Part shown: positions 35,207 to 43,595 of the stretch, piece after piece
Layout of the letters: each line of letters opens with the position of its first letter
Numbering within the stretch: position 1 is the first letter of the stretch
Origin: Patescibacteria group bacterium
GTDB lineage: Bacteria > Patescibacteriota > Minisyncoccia > Phycocordibacterales > UBA9973
Direction of reading: 5' to 3'
DNA length: 56,338 nucleotides
Assembly (NCBI GenBank): GCA_040390725.1
Contig: JAZJXT010000001.1
Location: 218,586 to 274,923, forward strand
Made by a program: the position numbers and the translations under genes
The notes under the pieces: model-generated
What the model was told of the DNA's origin: nothing
What the model saw: the letters and a program-made list of their open reading frames with translations, nothing else
Databases searched by the model: none

Positions 35207-36574
35207 TTATATTTTATTAATCTTATAATTATCTCCCATATCTTTTACTTCATATCCTAAATTATTTATTTGTTTTCGCAAGTCGTCTGATTTTTGGAAA
35301 TCTTTATTTATGCGCGCCGTGTTTCTTTCTTCTGCCAATTTTTTTATTTCTTCCGGAATTATTTCTTCTTTTAATTTATCAAAACCAAGTCCAAGAACTT
35401 TATCGAAATCAAGCACTGTCGCGCGTTTGTCGGCAGGGGAAATATTTTCATCTTTTAATACATCCCAAAGCAAAGTCAAAGCCTTTGGTGTATCCAAATC
35501 ATCATTTATAAATTCTGTAAATTTATTTTTATATTCAGTACTTACTGAGCCTGTATCATTCCCAAGGTCTAAATATAGCCTATAAAGACGTTTTAGGGCT
35601 GTATCTGCGCCTTCTAGTGCTTCCCAGACGAAGTTCATCCGTGTTCGATAGTTTGCCATTAAAAGCCAAAATCTATATGAAATTAAATTTATATCTTTTA
35701 GAGTTATATCTTTTAAAGTAAAAAAATTATTTTCAGATTTTGCCATTTTTTTCTGATCAACCAAAACCCATTCATTATGCATCCAGTATTTTACAAATTG
35801 TTTTCCTGTAGCACATTCGGATTGAGCGATTTCATTTTCATGGTGAGGGAACATATTGTCCACTCCTCCGGTGTGTAAATCAAAACTTTCTCCCAAGTTT
35901 GCCATGCTCATAGCCGAGCATTCTATATGCCAGCCTGGGCGTCCTTTGCCTAACTCTGTCTCCCAAAAAACTTCTCCGTCTTTTTCGTCCCAAGCTTTCC
36001 ATAAAGCAAAATCTTGCGCATTGTCTTTGTCATATTCGTCGGACACTATCCTGCCCGAAGCATTCTCTTTTTGTTCTTCGAGTATGAGTCCGGAGAGTCT
36101 GCCGTAATTTTTAAATTTTTTTATATCAAAATAAATACTACCATCCGCGCTTTTGTAAGCACAGCCATTCGCCATAAGTTTTTTTATAATTTCCACCATT
36201 TGGTCAATGTAGTCTGTGGCCTTGGTAAATTTGGTCGGAGCTAAAATATTCAAAGATTCAATATCTTTGAAAAATTCTTCCGCATAAAATTCTGTAAATT
36301 CCTTCAAGCTCTTGCCGGCTTTTTGTGAATCGCGGATAGTTTTATCATCCACGTCAGTCAAATTCATTATGTGTTTTACGTTGAAATTATTGTAGAGCAA
36401 TACTCTTTTTAATGTATCTGCAAAAATATACGCGCGATAATTCCCAATGTGCGGATAATTATAAACTGTCGGTCCGCAAGAATACATCCGTACTTCCTTA
36501 GGGTCGATAGGCGTAAAGTCTTCTTTTTCTCGAGTAAGAGTATTGTACAGTTTTATATTTTTATTTAGAGCCAT
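35207..36574 (-). CDS. cysS: Cysteinyl-tRNA synthetase
   Basis: 455 aa. CGPTVYNYPHIGN (HIGH), HIECS, and KMAKSENN (KMSKS). Confidence 0.95.
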   Translation of the reverse strand: MALNKNIKLYNTLTREKEDFTPIDPKEVRMYSCGPTVYNYPHIGNYRAYIFADTLKRVLLYNNFNVKHIMNLTDVDDKTIRDSQKAGKSLKEFTEFYAEEFFKDIESLNILAPTKFTKATDYIDQMVEIIKKLMANGCAYKSADGSIYFDIKKFKNYGRLSGLILEEQKENASGRIVSDEYDKDNAQDFALWKAWDEKDGEVFWETELGKGRPGWHIECSAMSMANLGESFDLHTGGVDNMFPHHENEIAQSECATGKQFVKYWMHNEWVLVDQKKMAKSENNFFTLKDITLKDINLISYRFWLLMANYRTRMNFVWEALEGADTALKRLYRLYLDLGNDTGSVSTEYKNKFTEFINDDLDTPKALTLLWDVLKDENISPADKRATVLDFDKVLGLGFDKLKEEIIPEEIKKLAEERNTARINKDFQKSDDLRKQINNLGYEVKDMGDNYKINKI

Positions 36575-37479
36575 TTTTTAATTTTAAAATAAATAAGCAT
36601 AACGATACCGGTCAAAGTCATGGCGCCTATAACGAGGTAAAAATCGTTTTTAGTTTGTAGTAGTACATCTTTCATGTTCATGCCAAAAACTCCGGTGATG
36701 AGCGTGAGAGGAAGCATTATAAAATTCATTATAGTCAAAAATTTTATAGTTTCATTTGTTTTATATGAAAGCAAGGAATCATTTGTCTCACGTAGGTCAG
36801 TCAAAAGATCTTTATAATTTTCCAGTACTGTTTCTATTTTATTGTATTCTCCGATAATTTCTTCCAGGTAGTAATTAAATTCAGCACCAAAGAATTTCTT
36901 GCCGGCTGATTCAAAGCTAGTTAATGTTTGGCTATGGAAGCGCATTGCTTGTCTTATGTCTAATATTTTTTGATTAACACTGGAGATTGTTTTTACTGTT
37001 TGTTTTTCTTTGCCTGAAAAAATCCCTTTCTCAATGCTCTTCATTTCCGGATGCATTTTTTCCAAATCAATCATCACATTTTTGTAAAGTTCTTTCAGGA
37101 TGTGATAAAAGAGGTATCCGGCATGGTCACCCATACTATTTTTATCGACTAGGGAATGTGCCTCAAATTTTTTGAAAAATTCGTGGAGAGGATTTTTTAA
37201 TTCGTAGTGAATAGTTATCAAAAAGTTTTTCCCCACGACAAAATCAATCTCTTGTTCCTCAGTAGAGTCGTTGCCATTTTCATATTTAACTGGAAAGTGA
37301 AGAATAAGATAAATTAAGTTTCTATATACATCTACTTTTGAACGGACAGTCTTGGAGATGAATTCTTCGGCGACGAGCGGAGGAATGGAAAACTCATCCA
37401 CCAAATCAAATATTTCTTCAGTGGTTGGTGACTCTAAGTCAATCCAGGTGATGTCATTATATTTATATTTTGAAAGCAT
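36565..37479 (-). CDS. corA: CorA-family magnesium/cobalt transporter
   Basis: 304 aa. Two C-terminal TM helices with the GVFGMNM (GMN) signature. Confidence 0.85.
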   Translation of the reverse strand: MLSKYKYNDITWIDLESPTTEEIFDLVDEFSIPPLVAEEFISKTVRSKVDVYRNLIYLILHFPVKYENGNDSTEEQEIDFVVGKNFLITIHYELKNPLHEFFKKFEAHSLVDKNSMGDHAGYLFYHILKELYKNVMIDLEKMHPEMKSIEKGIFSGKEKQTVKTISSVNQKILDIRQAMRFHSQTLTSFESAGKKFFGAEFNYYLEEIIGEYNKIETVLENYKDLLTDLRETNDSLLSYKTNETIKFLTIMNFIMLPLTLITGVFGMNMKDVLLQTKNDFYLVIGAMTLTGIVMLIYFKIKKWL

Positions 37480-37537
37480 TTTTTAATTATAGCAGATGTG
37501 CTTGCTTTTTTACAACTTTTCATATAATATAGGTCAC

Positions 37538-37855
37538 ATGCTATTCGCAGTCATAAAAACAGGTGGAAAACAATACAAAGTCTCAAAGGGGACTCTTGTT
37601 TCTATCGAAAAAATAAAGGGGGAATACACTAAAGGGGATAAAATATCCTTTGACAAGGTTCTTCTTGTTGATGACGGAAAAGACACTACTATCGGCGCTC
37701 CATACATCACCGGCGCGAAAGTAGACGCTGAAATAGTAGAAATAGGCCGAGCTCGCAAAGTCCTCGTTATGAAATATAAACAAAAGTCCCGCTACCTCCG
37801 CCGCAACGGCCACCGCCAGCCATTCTTTAAAGTAAAGATTACTGATATAAAATAA
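37538..37855 (+). CDS. rplU: 50S ribosomal protein L21
   Basis: MLFAVIKTGGKQYKV... from the ATG at 37538. The track start at 37496 adds a non-conserved extension. Confidence 0.92.
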   Translation: MLFAVIKTGGKQYKVSKGTLVSIEKIKGEYTKGDKISFDKVLLVDDGKDTTIGAPYITGAKVDAEIVEIGRARKVLVMKYKQKSRYLRRNGHRQPFFKVKITDIK

Positions 37856-37859
37856 AAAA

Positions 37860-37883
37860 CCACTTTTACGAAAGTGGTTTTTT
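37860..37883. terminator. Bidirectional terminator CCACTTT-TACG-AAAGTGG flanked by A6 and T6
   Basis: Lies between the convergent rplU (+) and recR (-). Confidence 0.8.
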
Positions 37884-38508
37884 ATTGTCGATTTTTAAAT
37901 GCATTTTTTAGGGTGTCGTTATCGGAATATTCCAGTTCTGTGCCGGTGGAAAGTCCTCGGCCGAGGGAGGAAATTTTTATATTTAATTTTTCACAAATGT
38001 CTTTGAGTTGATTGCGAAGATAAAAATCAGTATGGTCACCCTGTGGGGAAAGTGAAAATGCTAGAATTATTTCTTTTAAATTTTCTTTCGATTCTTTGTT
38101 TATTTTAGTAATTAATTCCGGCAGGCGAATTCTCATCGGGGTATTCTTTTCCACTATAGGCACGAGTCCTCCCAAGACAAAATACATGCCGTGATAAATT
38201 CTGCTTTTCCTGACACTTTCGAGGTCAGAATCTTTTTCGATTATCATCAGTGTAGAATTATCTATATTTACATCATTACAAATATCACAAACTCGCTCGT
38301 TCTTTGGCGGGTTGTTTTTAACGATAAAAAATCTAAAACATTCTTTGCATTGCGAGATCTCTTTTTTTAACTCCAAAATCATTCTCGATAGACTTTCAGA
38401 ATAGCTGGGGTGGCGGGACATTAAAAAATACACGAAACGTTTTGCTTGTCTTTCGCCGATACCGGGGAATTCTTTGAATATTTCAGCTAATTTTTCTATT
38501 GAATCCAT
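37882..38508 (-). CDS. recR: Recombination protein RecR
   Basis: 208 aa. HhH (FPGIGERQAKRF), C4 zinc finger (CKEC...CDIC), and a Toprim region. Confidence 0.92.
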   Translation of the reverse strand: MDSIEKLAEIFKEFPGIGERQAKRFVYFLMSRHPSYSESLSRMILELKKEISQCKECFRFFIVKNNPPKNERVCDICNDVNIDNSTLMIIEKDSDLESVRKSRIYHGMYFVLGGLVPIVEKNTPMRIRLPELITKINKESKENLKEIILAFSLSPQGDHTDFYLRNQLKDICEKLNIKISSLGRGLSTGTELEYSDNDTLKNAFKNRQ

Positions 38509-38514
38509 TTTGTT

Positions 38515-39906
38515 TTAAAAATCATCCAATGCATTGCCGAGCTTTGAGGGCGCAAATTCACTTACACTACTCTTTTCTAAGTTCAAGAACGCAGTAGTCT
38601 TTTCATCAAAGTAAAGTTCTATTTTTCCAGTCGGACCATTTCGGTGTTTTTCGATTAAAATCTCGGCGATATTTGTTTTTTCTGATTCATCTTTGCCTTT
38701 ATCTTCACGATGAATAAACATAACTACGTCGGCGTCCTGCTCGATAGATCCCGAATCTCGCAAGTCTGAAAGGCGAGGCTTGCCTCCGCGGGATTCCACC
38801 GCACGAGAAAGCTGTGAAAGAGCAAGCACCGGCACGTCGAGCTCTTTTGCAAGGCTTTTCAATGAGCGGGAAATTTCCGTCACTTGATTCACCATCGAAT
38901 CATAATTTTTAGAAGTTGTCATAAGTTGCAAGTAGTCCACAATAATTAAATCAAGACCTTTTTCAGCTTTTAATCGGCGAGAAATTGCTTTCATTCGCAC
39001 AATAGAATTTCCAGGTTGGTCGTCAATATAAATTTTTGCTTTTGAAAGTTTATCTAAAGAGTCTCGAAGTTGTGAGAATTCTCTATCAGCAGTCAGTCGT
39101 CCTGTTCGTAAATTCCAAGCATTCACACGCGACTCTGCTGAGAGCAATCTATCTACTAATTGCTGTGAGGACATTTCAAGAGAGAATATTCCCACAGCTT
39201 TATCGTGAGTAGTAGCAGCCATGCGCGCGATGTCGAGCGCAAGGGTTGTTTTACCCATACTCGGTCGCGCAGCTAGAATTATCAAATCAGATTTTTGGAA
39301 ACCAGAAAGTAAAGTATCCAAATCTCGAAATCCTGTCGGCAGTCCGCGCAATGCGTCTTTGTGTTCGTGCAATTTTTCTAAACGCTCCCATGCTTCCGGT
39401 AATTCGTCTTTCAAGCTTGTGAATTTTTGATTTTTCGGACTTGAAACAACGCTGAATATTTTTTTCTCCGCCAAATCCAAAATATCATCCATATGGTCGT
39501 CAGTTTCTTCGAAGGCTAATTCGGAAACATAATCAGCGGCATCAATCAAACTTCTCAAAATAAATTTCTTTTGTACTATTTCTGCATAATGCCGGACATT
39601 TGTAGAAGAGGGAACGACATTTACAATTTCCGCCAAGTATTTATTGCCGCCGATATTTTCCAAAAGTTTTTGCTCCGATAATTTTGTCGAAAGTGAAAGC
39701 ATATCTATCGGTTCATTTTTTAAAAACAAGTCCATCATCGCCTGGAAAATTATTTTGTGTTTTTCCACATAGAAAGAATCCGCATTTACCACGTCTTCTA
39801 TTTCATGCAAAGCGTCCTTGCGCAACATTATAGAGCCGAGTACCGCTTTTTCCGAATCAATACTCTGTGGAGGAATACGAATTTCATTTTTTCTCATTTT
39901 TACCAT
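38515..39906 (-). CDS. dnaB: Replicative DNA helicase DnaB
   Basis: 463 aa. PPQSIDSEKAVLGSIM N-domain, Walker A ARPSMGKTT, IIVDYLQLM, and SQLSRAVE. Confidence 0.95.
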   Translation of the reverse strand: MVKMRKNEIRIPPQSIDSEKAVLGSIMLRKDALHEIEDVVNADSFYVEKHKIIFQAMMDLFLKNEPIDMLSLSTKLSEQKLLENIGGNKYLAEIVNVVPSSTNVRHYAEIVQKKFILRSLIDAADYVSELAFEETDDHMDDILDLAEKKIFSVVSSPKNQKFTSLKDELPEAWERLEKLHEHKDALRGLPTGFRDLDTLLSGFQKSDLIILAARPSMGKTTLALDIARMAATTHDKAVGIFSLEMSSQQLVDRLLSAESRVNAWNLRTGRLTADREFSQLRDSLDKLSKAKIYIDDQPGNSIVRMKAISRRLKAEKGLDLIIVDYLQLMTTSKNYDSMVNQVTEISRSLKSLAKELDVPVLALSQLSRAVESRGGKPRLSDLRDSGSIEQDADVVMFIHREDKGKDESEKTNIAEILIEKHRNGPTGKIELYFDEKTTAFLNLEKSSVSEFAPSKLGNALDDF

Positions 39907-40020
39907 AATTCCATTCTATGCGGGCTTGCACAAATAGTCAAAGGGAAAAGTTAGCAAATATGTTATTAAAATGTGGACAAAGTTCTACCTAAATTTTAAA
40001 AATGTGGTAAGATAATAAAT

Positions 40021-40968
40021 ATGTCTAAAAAAGTATTATTGTCAGGCATTCAATCGTCAGGAAAAGCCCATATTGGCAACTATTTCGGCGCGATGAAGCA
40101 ATTCGTCGACTTGTCAAAAGATTACGAGTGTTTTATCTTTATTGCCGATTATCATGCATTGCATTCCTTGCAAAATCCTAAGGAAATGAAGGCTAACATT
40201 GTGGGTTTGCTTTTAGACTATCTTGCTGTTGGCCTCGATTCTCCAAATGTGACTTTATTTAAACAATCTGATATTTCCGAGCACACAGAGCTTTGTTGGA
40301 TTTTTGATACTATCACTACTATGCCGTATTTGATGCGTGCGCATGCTTTCAAAGATGCTGAAGCAAAAAATAAAGAAATAGTTGTAGGTACTTTTAATTA
40401 TCCAATGTTGCAAGCCGCAGATATTTTACTCTATAGTCCGGATGTTGTGCCTGTCGGGCAAGATCAAAAGCAACACATAGAAATAGCTCGTGATACTGCA
40501 GAAAAGTTTAATCATATTTACGGGGAAACCTTTAAAGTTCCGGAGCCTATGATACTTGCGGATGTAGCAGTAGTGCCTGGTACTGATGGACGTAAAATGT
40601 CGAAAAGTTACGGCAACACTATTCCTCTTTTTGCTGAGTACGAAGAAATTAAAAAATGTGTGATGGGTATCGTTACTGATTCGGGTGAGGGGATACCAAA
40701 AAATGTTTATGAAATACACAAACTCGTACGTGCGGAAAGTGAATTAAAAACAATTTACGCAGAAAATTCCGGCAAATATAAAATCTTGAAAGAAATTTTA
40801 ATAGAAGATTTGGAAAAATTCATAGCGCCTCTTCGCGAGAAAAGGAAAGAATATGAAAAAGATATTCCAAAAGCTCTTGAAATATTAAAAAAAGGTGGAG
40901 AAAAAGCTAAAAAAATCGCCAGCGCAAAAATGGACGAAGTTCGTGAGAGGCTGGGCGTGAAGCTTTAG
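40021..40968 (+). CDS. trpS: Tryptophanyl-tRNA synthetase
   Basis: 315 aa. SGIQSSGKAHIGNY (HIGH), VPVGQDQKQH, and KMSKS. Confidence 0.95.
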   Translation: MSKKVLLSGIQSSGKAHIGNYFGAMKQFVDLSKDYECFIFIADYHALHSLQNPKEMKANIVGLLLDYLAVGLDSPNVTLFKQSDISEHTELCWIFDTITTMPYLMRAHAFKDAEAKNKEIVVGTFNYPMLQAADILLYSPDVVPVGQDQKQHIEIARDTAEKFNHIYGETFKVPEPMILADVAVVPGTDGRKMSKSYGNTIPLFAEYEEIKKCVMGIVTDSGEGIPKNVYEIHKLVRAESELKTIYAENSGKYKILKEILIEDLEKFIAPLREKRKEYEKDIPKALEILKKGGEKAKKIASAKMDEVRERLGVKL

Positions 40969-40978
40969 AAGTAAATTT

Positions 40979-41272
40979 ATGAAAAATAAAACAAAAATAG
41001 CAGAATATAAAAAAGAAGTTATTGATGTGATGGCTAAAATTTCTCGCGATAAAAATCTGCTTGCGGATTTTATGAAAGATATTTTGACCCCGCACGAATT
41101 CGATAATATCGGCGTGCGTTGGCAAATAGTAAAGAAACTCGCCAAAGGCGAGACGCACGAATCCATAGCAGGGGATTTGGGTTTAGGCATAGCCACAGTC
41201 ACTCGAGGTTCGCGTGAAATGCGCGACAAAGAAGGCGGTTTTCAAAAAACTCTTAAATCATTGGATATTTAA
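40979..41272 (+). CDS. TrpR/YerC/YecD-family helix-turn-helix protein
   Basis: 97 aa. LTPHEFDNIGVRWQIVKKLAKGETHESIAGDLGLGIATVTRGSREM matches the Trp-repressor-related YerC pattern. Confidence 0.7.
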   Translation: MKNKTKIAEYKKEVIDVMAKISRDKNLLADFMKDILTPHEFDNIGVRWQIVKKLAKGETHESIAGDLGLGIATVTRGSREMRDKEGGFQKTLKSLDI

Positions 41273-41278
41273 AGCCTG

Positions 41279-41310
41279 CCCCGTATGAAGCCAAAGGCTT
41301 TCGTGCGGGG
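41279..41310 (+). terminator. Long GC-clamped hairpin CCCCGTATGAAGCC-AAA-GGCTTTCGTGCGGGG after the TrpR-like gene (no U tract)
   Basis: Starts 7 nt after the stop codon. Its last G is also the first base of the GTTATCCACAGGT motif. Confidence 0.4.
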
Positions 41311-41347
41311 TTATCCACAGGTTGGTTGAAATCATGAAAAAAGATAC

Positions 41348-41376
41348 TTGCATTTATTTTAACACTATGCTAGCAT
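41348..41376 (+). promoter_or_regulatory. Candidate promoter: -35 TTGCAT, 17-nt spacer, -10 TAGCAT
   Basis: Same -35 hexamer as the mraZ promoter. The predicted transcription start coincides with the ATG at 41383, which would give a leaderless mRNA. Confidence 0.3.
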
Positions 41377-41382
41377 ACTAGT

Positions 41383-41469
41383 ATGATGATATATAGGAAA
41401 TTACAAATAAATAAAACAAGCACTAAAGCTTGGTGGCAGGCTAAAAAACTTTTTAGCCGGTCTTTGTGA
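41383..41469 (+). CDS. Candidate leader peptide MMIYRKLQINKTSTKAWWQAKKLFSRSL (28 codons, tandem Trp codons)
   Basis: I translated this from the sequence; it is too short for the ORF track. TGG TGG at 41431-41436, stop TGA at 41467-41469. Confidence 0.3.
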   Translation: MMIYRKLQINKTSTKAWWQAKKLFSRSL

Positions 41470-41502
41470 TTTTGTAATATGTTTGAATATTAATCTCAAC
41501 AT

Positions 41503-41531
41503 CCGGCTCGAAAGTCGGTTTTCTTGTTTTT
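41503..41531 (+). terminator. Intrinsic terminator CCGGCT-CGAA-AGTCGG + TTTTCTTGTTTTT (candidate attenuator terminator)
   Basis: 6-bp stem with one G-U pair and a tetraloop, followed by a U-rich tract. Lies 57 nt upstream of ORF 41588. Confidence 0.5.
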
Positions 41532-41587
41532 GTAAGAAAAAATGCTCGTTGAAAATTTAATATCAATTAACTAAAATTTCAGAAAAA

Positions 41588-41776
41588 ATGAAAAAGTCTA
41601 AAATTATTCTCATTGTCCTTGTTGTGCTTGTCGTAGTGGCAAGTATTTACGAATCTATTGATCCGTTTATGTCAGAATTTAAATTTTTGATTCTGCAGAA
41701 TGTGTTTATCTTGTTTGTGGAAATTTATCTTTTTCACAAAATTTGGTTTAAGCTCAAAGAATTTCTTAATCAATAA
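41588..41776 (+). CDS. Small membrane protein (62 aa, two hydrophobic helices)
   Basis: MKKSKIILIVLVVLVVVASIY... plus a second hydrophobic stretch. Confidence 0.4.
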   Translation: MKKSKIILIVLVVLVVVASIYESIDPFMSEFKFLILQNVFILFVEIYLFHKIWFKLKEFLNQ

Positions 41777-41838
41777 AAATCCAGTTTTAAAATCCCTGCC
41801 TAAGGACAGGAAAACTCACACTCAGTGGGTCTGGAATA

Positions 41839-42483
41839 ATGCTTATGCAAAAGTTAAACTTTAACAAAATTGGAAATGTAGCATTTCCTAAATTTACGGG
41901 GGTAAACATTTATATGATGCCCTTTATTATGGGAAATGCAGAATCTATTCCAGAGGAGTATAAACAATATCTCCCCATGATAGATGCGTGTAAAATATCT
42001 ACAAAGCTCATCGGGCAAGTAGGATATTTAACTATCACCGAAACAGTTGTTAAGCTTGGCGAAACTCAAAGAAAGCCTGGCATCCACACTGATAGCGGTT
42101 ATGGTTTGATTTACATGGCTAATAATTTGCCAAATTCATGCAGGGTTTGGGATGAAGAAATTTATAGCACTGACCCGTATGGAGACTGTGAAGAATATAG
42201 GGATTCATTGGGTAAGGGTATAACTATTGAGCCAAATATTTTATATATGCTTAATGAAAACTGCCCGCACGAATCTCTGCCTGTTGAAAAGGAAGGAGAA
42301 AGACAATTTTTTCGTTTAGTAACAGGTCCGTTGCAGGCTTGGTGGGAAGGTGATTCAACCCCAAATAGGTTGAAAATAGTTCCACCATCTACTTGTGAAA
42401 TAAAGCGAGGTCATAAGTTTAAGAGCATGGAGGAAGAAGCTGAATCTCTCAGTAGATTTACCAGTAGTTACCCCTGTTGGTAA
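41839..42483 (+). CDS. Hypothetical protein with a possible Fe(II)/2-oxoglutarate dioxygenase-like HxD...H...R pattern
   Basis: 214 aa. RKPGIHTDSG (HxD), a distal CPHESLP, and an Arg 12 residues after that His (ERQFFRL). Motif-level inference only. Confidence 0.45.
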   Translation: MLMQKLNFNKIGNVAFPKFTGVNIYMMPFIMGNAESIPEEYKQYLPMIDACKISTKLIGQVGYLTITETVVKLGETQRKPGIHTDSGYGLIYMANNLPNSCRVWDEEIYSTDPYGDCEEYRDSLGKGITIEPNILYMLNENCPHESLPVEKEGERQFFRLVTGPLQAWWEGDSTPNRLKIVPPSTCEIKRGHKFKSMEEEAESLSRFTSSYPCW

Positions 42484-42507
42484 TTTGGTTAATTGAATTA
42501 CAAATCC

Positions 42508-42543
42508 ACAGCAGGCGAGATTATTCTCCCTGCTGTTTTTTTA
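42508..42543 (+). terminator. Rho-independent terminator ACAGCAGG-N13-CCTGCTGT + T7
   Basis: 8-bp stem followed by TTTTTTT. Follows ORF 41839..42483. Confidence 0.75.
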
Positions 42544-42571
42544 TTTATTTTATGTTAAAATAGACATTAAT

Positions 42572-43591
42572 ATGCCAAATAAAAAACAAAATAATTTAAA
42601 CCCTTATCCATTGAAGATTTATGCTAGTCCTTATGACGGGACGCATAGTTTGGCACAAAAAGTGGCCAAGCTTTTAAAAACTGAAATTTCGCCTTGCACT
42701 ATGAAGATTTTCAGTGACGGGGAATTCGTGCTTCATCACAATGAATCAGTGCGTGATAGAGATGTGTATGTTATTTTTCAACCTAGGCTAGGCAGTAAAG
42801 AAAAACTTGCAAGTGACTTGGATGAATGTCAGTCCCTTGTGTTTGCTTTGAAGCAAGGCGAGCCGAGCCGTATCACAGTCGTCGCGCCGTATTTGCCTTA
42901 TTCCAGACAAGACAAAGCATCCAATCATCGCGAGCCGGTGCTCTCACAAAAAGTGCCGATGAATTTACAGCTCGTCGGAGCGCATAGAATTATCGTTCTT
43001 CGAATGCACAATGCTAGCAGTTACAATGCGCACCCGATGACTATACCGATAGTGAATGCCGATACAAATGAATTATTTATCGAACATATAAAATCCAAGA
43101 AATTTGATTTGAGTAAATTTAAAATTGTCGCCCCTGATTTGGGCGCAGCGCCATCTTGCAGGAAACTCGCGCAGCAGCTCGGCATCCCTGGAAATATCGT
43201 TATCATAAACAAGGTGCGTGATCCGAAAAAAGCGAATTTTAATGAAGTGATGGAAGTCATTGGCGACCCGGCGGGATACAATTGTATTATTCCCGATGAT
43301 ATGGCGGATACTTGCGGGACAGCTGTAAAAACACTGAAAGCATTAAAAGATGCCGGTGCAAAGGATGTTTATTTCGCAGCTACGCACGCGGTTCTATCCG
43401 GTGATGCAGTTGCCAATTTAAATAATGCGTCTTTTGCAGGTATTTGGTTTACGGATAGTTGTATACCTGAAGAAAAAAAGAAAATGATTAAAAATTTGGA
43501 AATAATTCCTACATCCACACTCCTCGCGCAAATGATAGACAATTTGCACAACGGCGAATCAGTCACGGCATTGTGGAATAAAATAAAATAA
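42572..43591 (+). CDS. prs: Ribose-phosphate pyrophosphokinase (PRPP synthase)
   Basis: 339 aa. FSDGEF, YLPYSRQDK, and the PRPP-binding loop IIPDDMADTCGT. Confidence 0.92.
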   Translation: MPNKKQNNLNPYPLKIYASPYDGTHSLAQKVAKLLKTEISPCTMKIFSDGEFVLHHNESVRDRDVYVIFQPRLGSKEKLASDLDECQSLVFALKQGEPSRITVVAPYLPYSRQDKASNHREPVLSQKVPMNLQLVGAHRIIVLRMHNASSYNAHPMTIPIVNADTNELFIEHIKSKKFDLSKFKIVAPDLGAAPSCRKLAQQLGIPGNIVIINKVRDPKKANFNEVMEVIGDPAGYNCIIPDDMADTCGTAVKTLKALKDAGAKDVYFAATHAVLSGDAVANLNNASFAGIWFTDSCIPEEKKKMIKNLEIIPTSTLLAQMIDNLHNGESVTALWNKIK

Positions 43592-43595
43592 ATTT

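Noticed and set aside
39907-40020. Possible replication origin at the divergent dnaB/trpS spacer (repeated AAAATGTGG at 39968 and 39999, resembling degenerate DnaA boxes)
   Set aside because: There are only two degenerate boxes (TTGTCCACA and CTTACCACA), no cluster, no clear AT-rich 13-mer unwinding element, and no dnaA/dnaN nearby. A pair of divergent promoters is more likely.
39907-40020. T-box leader upstream of trpS
   Set aside because: The spacer is 114 nt, far shorter than a T-box leader. I saw no specifier-loop or T-box sequence and no terminator/antiterminator pair.
41273-41587. Possible oriC, or a known structured ncRNA (6S, SRP, tmRNA, RNase P), in the 315-nt gap
   Set aside because: It has a single DnaA box only. 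I could not see conserved motifs of those RNA families. The promoter, short ORF and terminator layout fits a leader or attenuator better.
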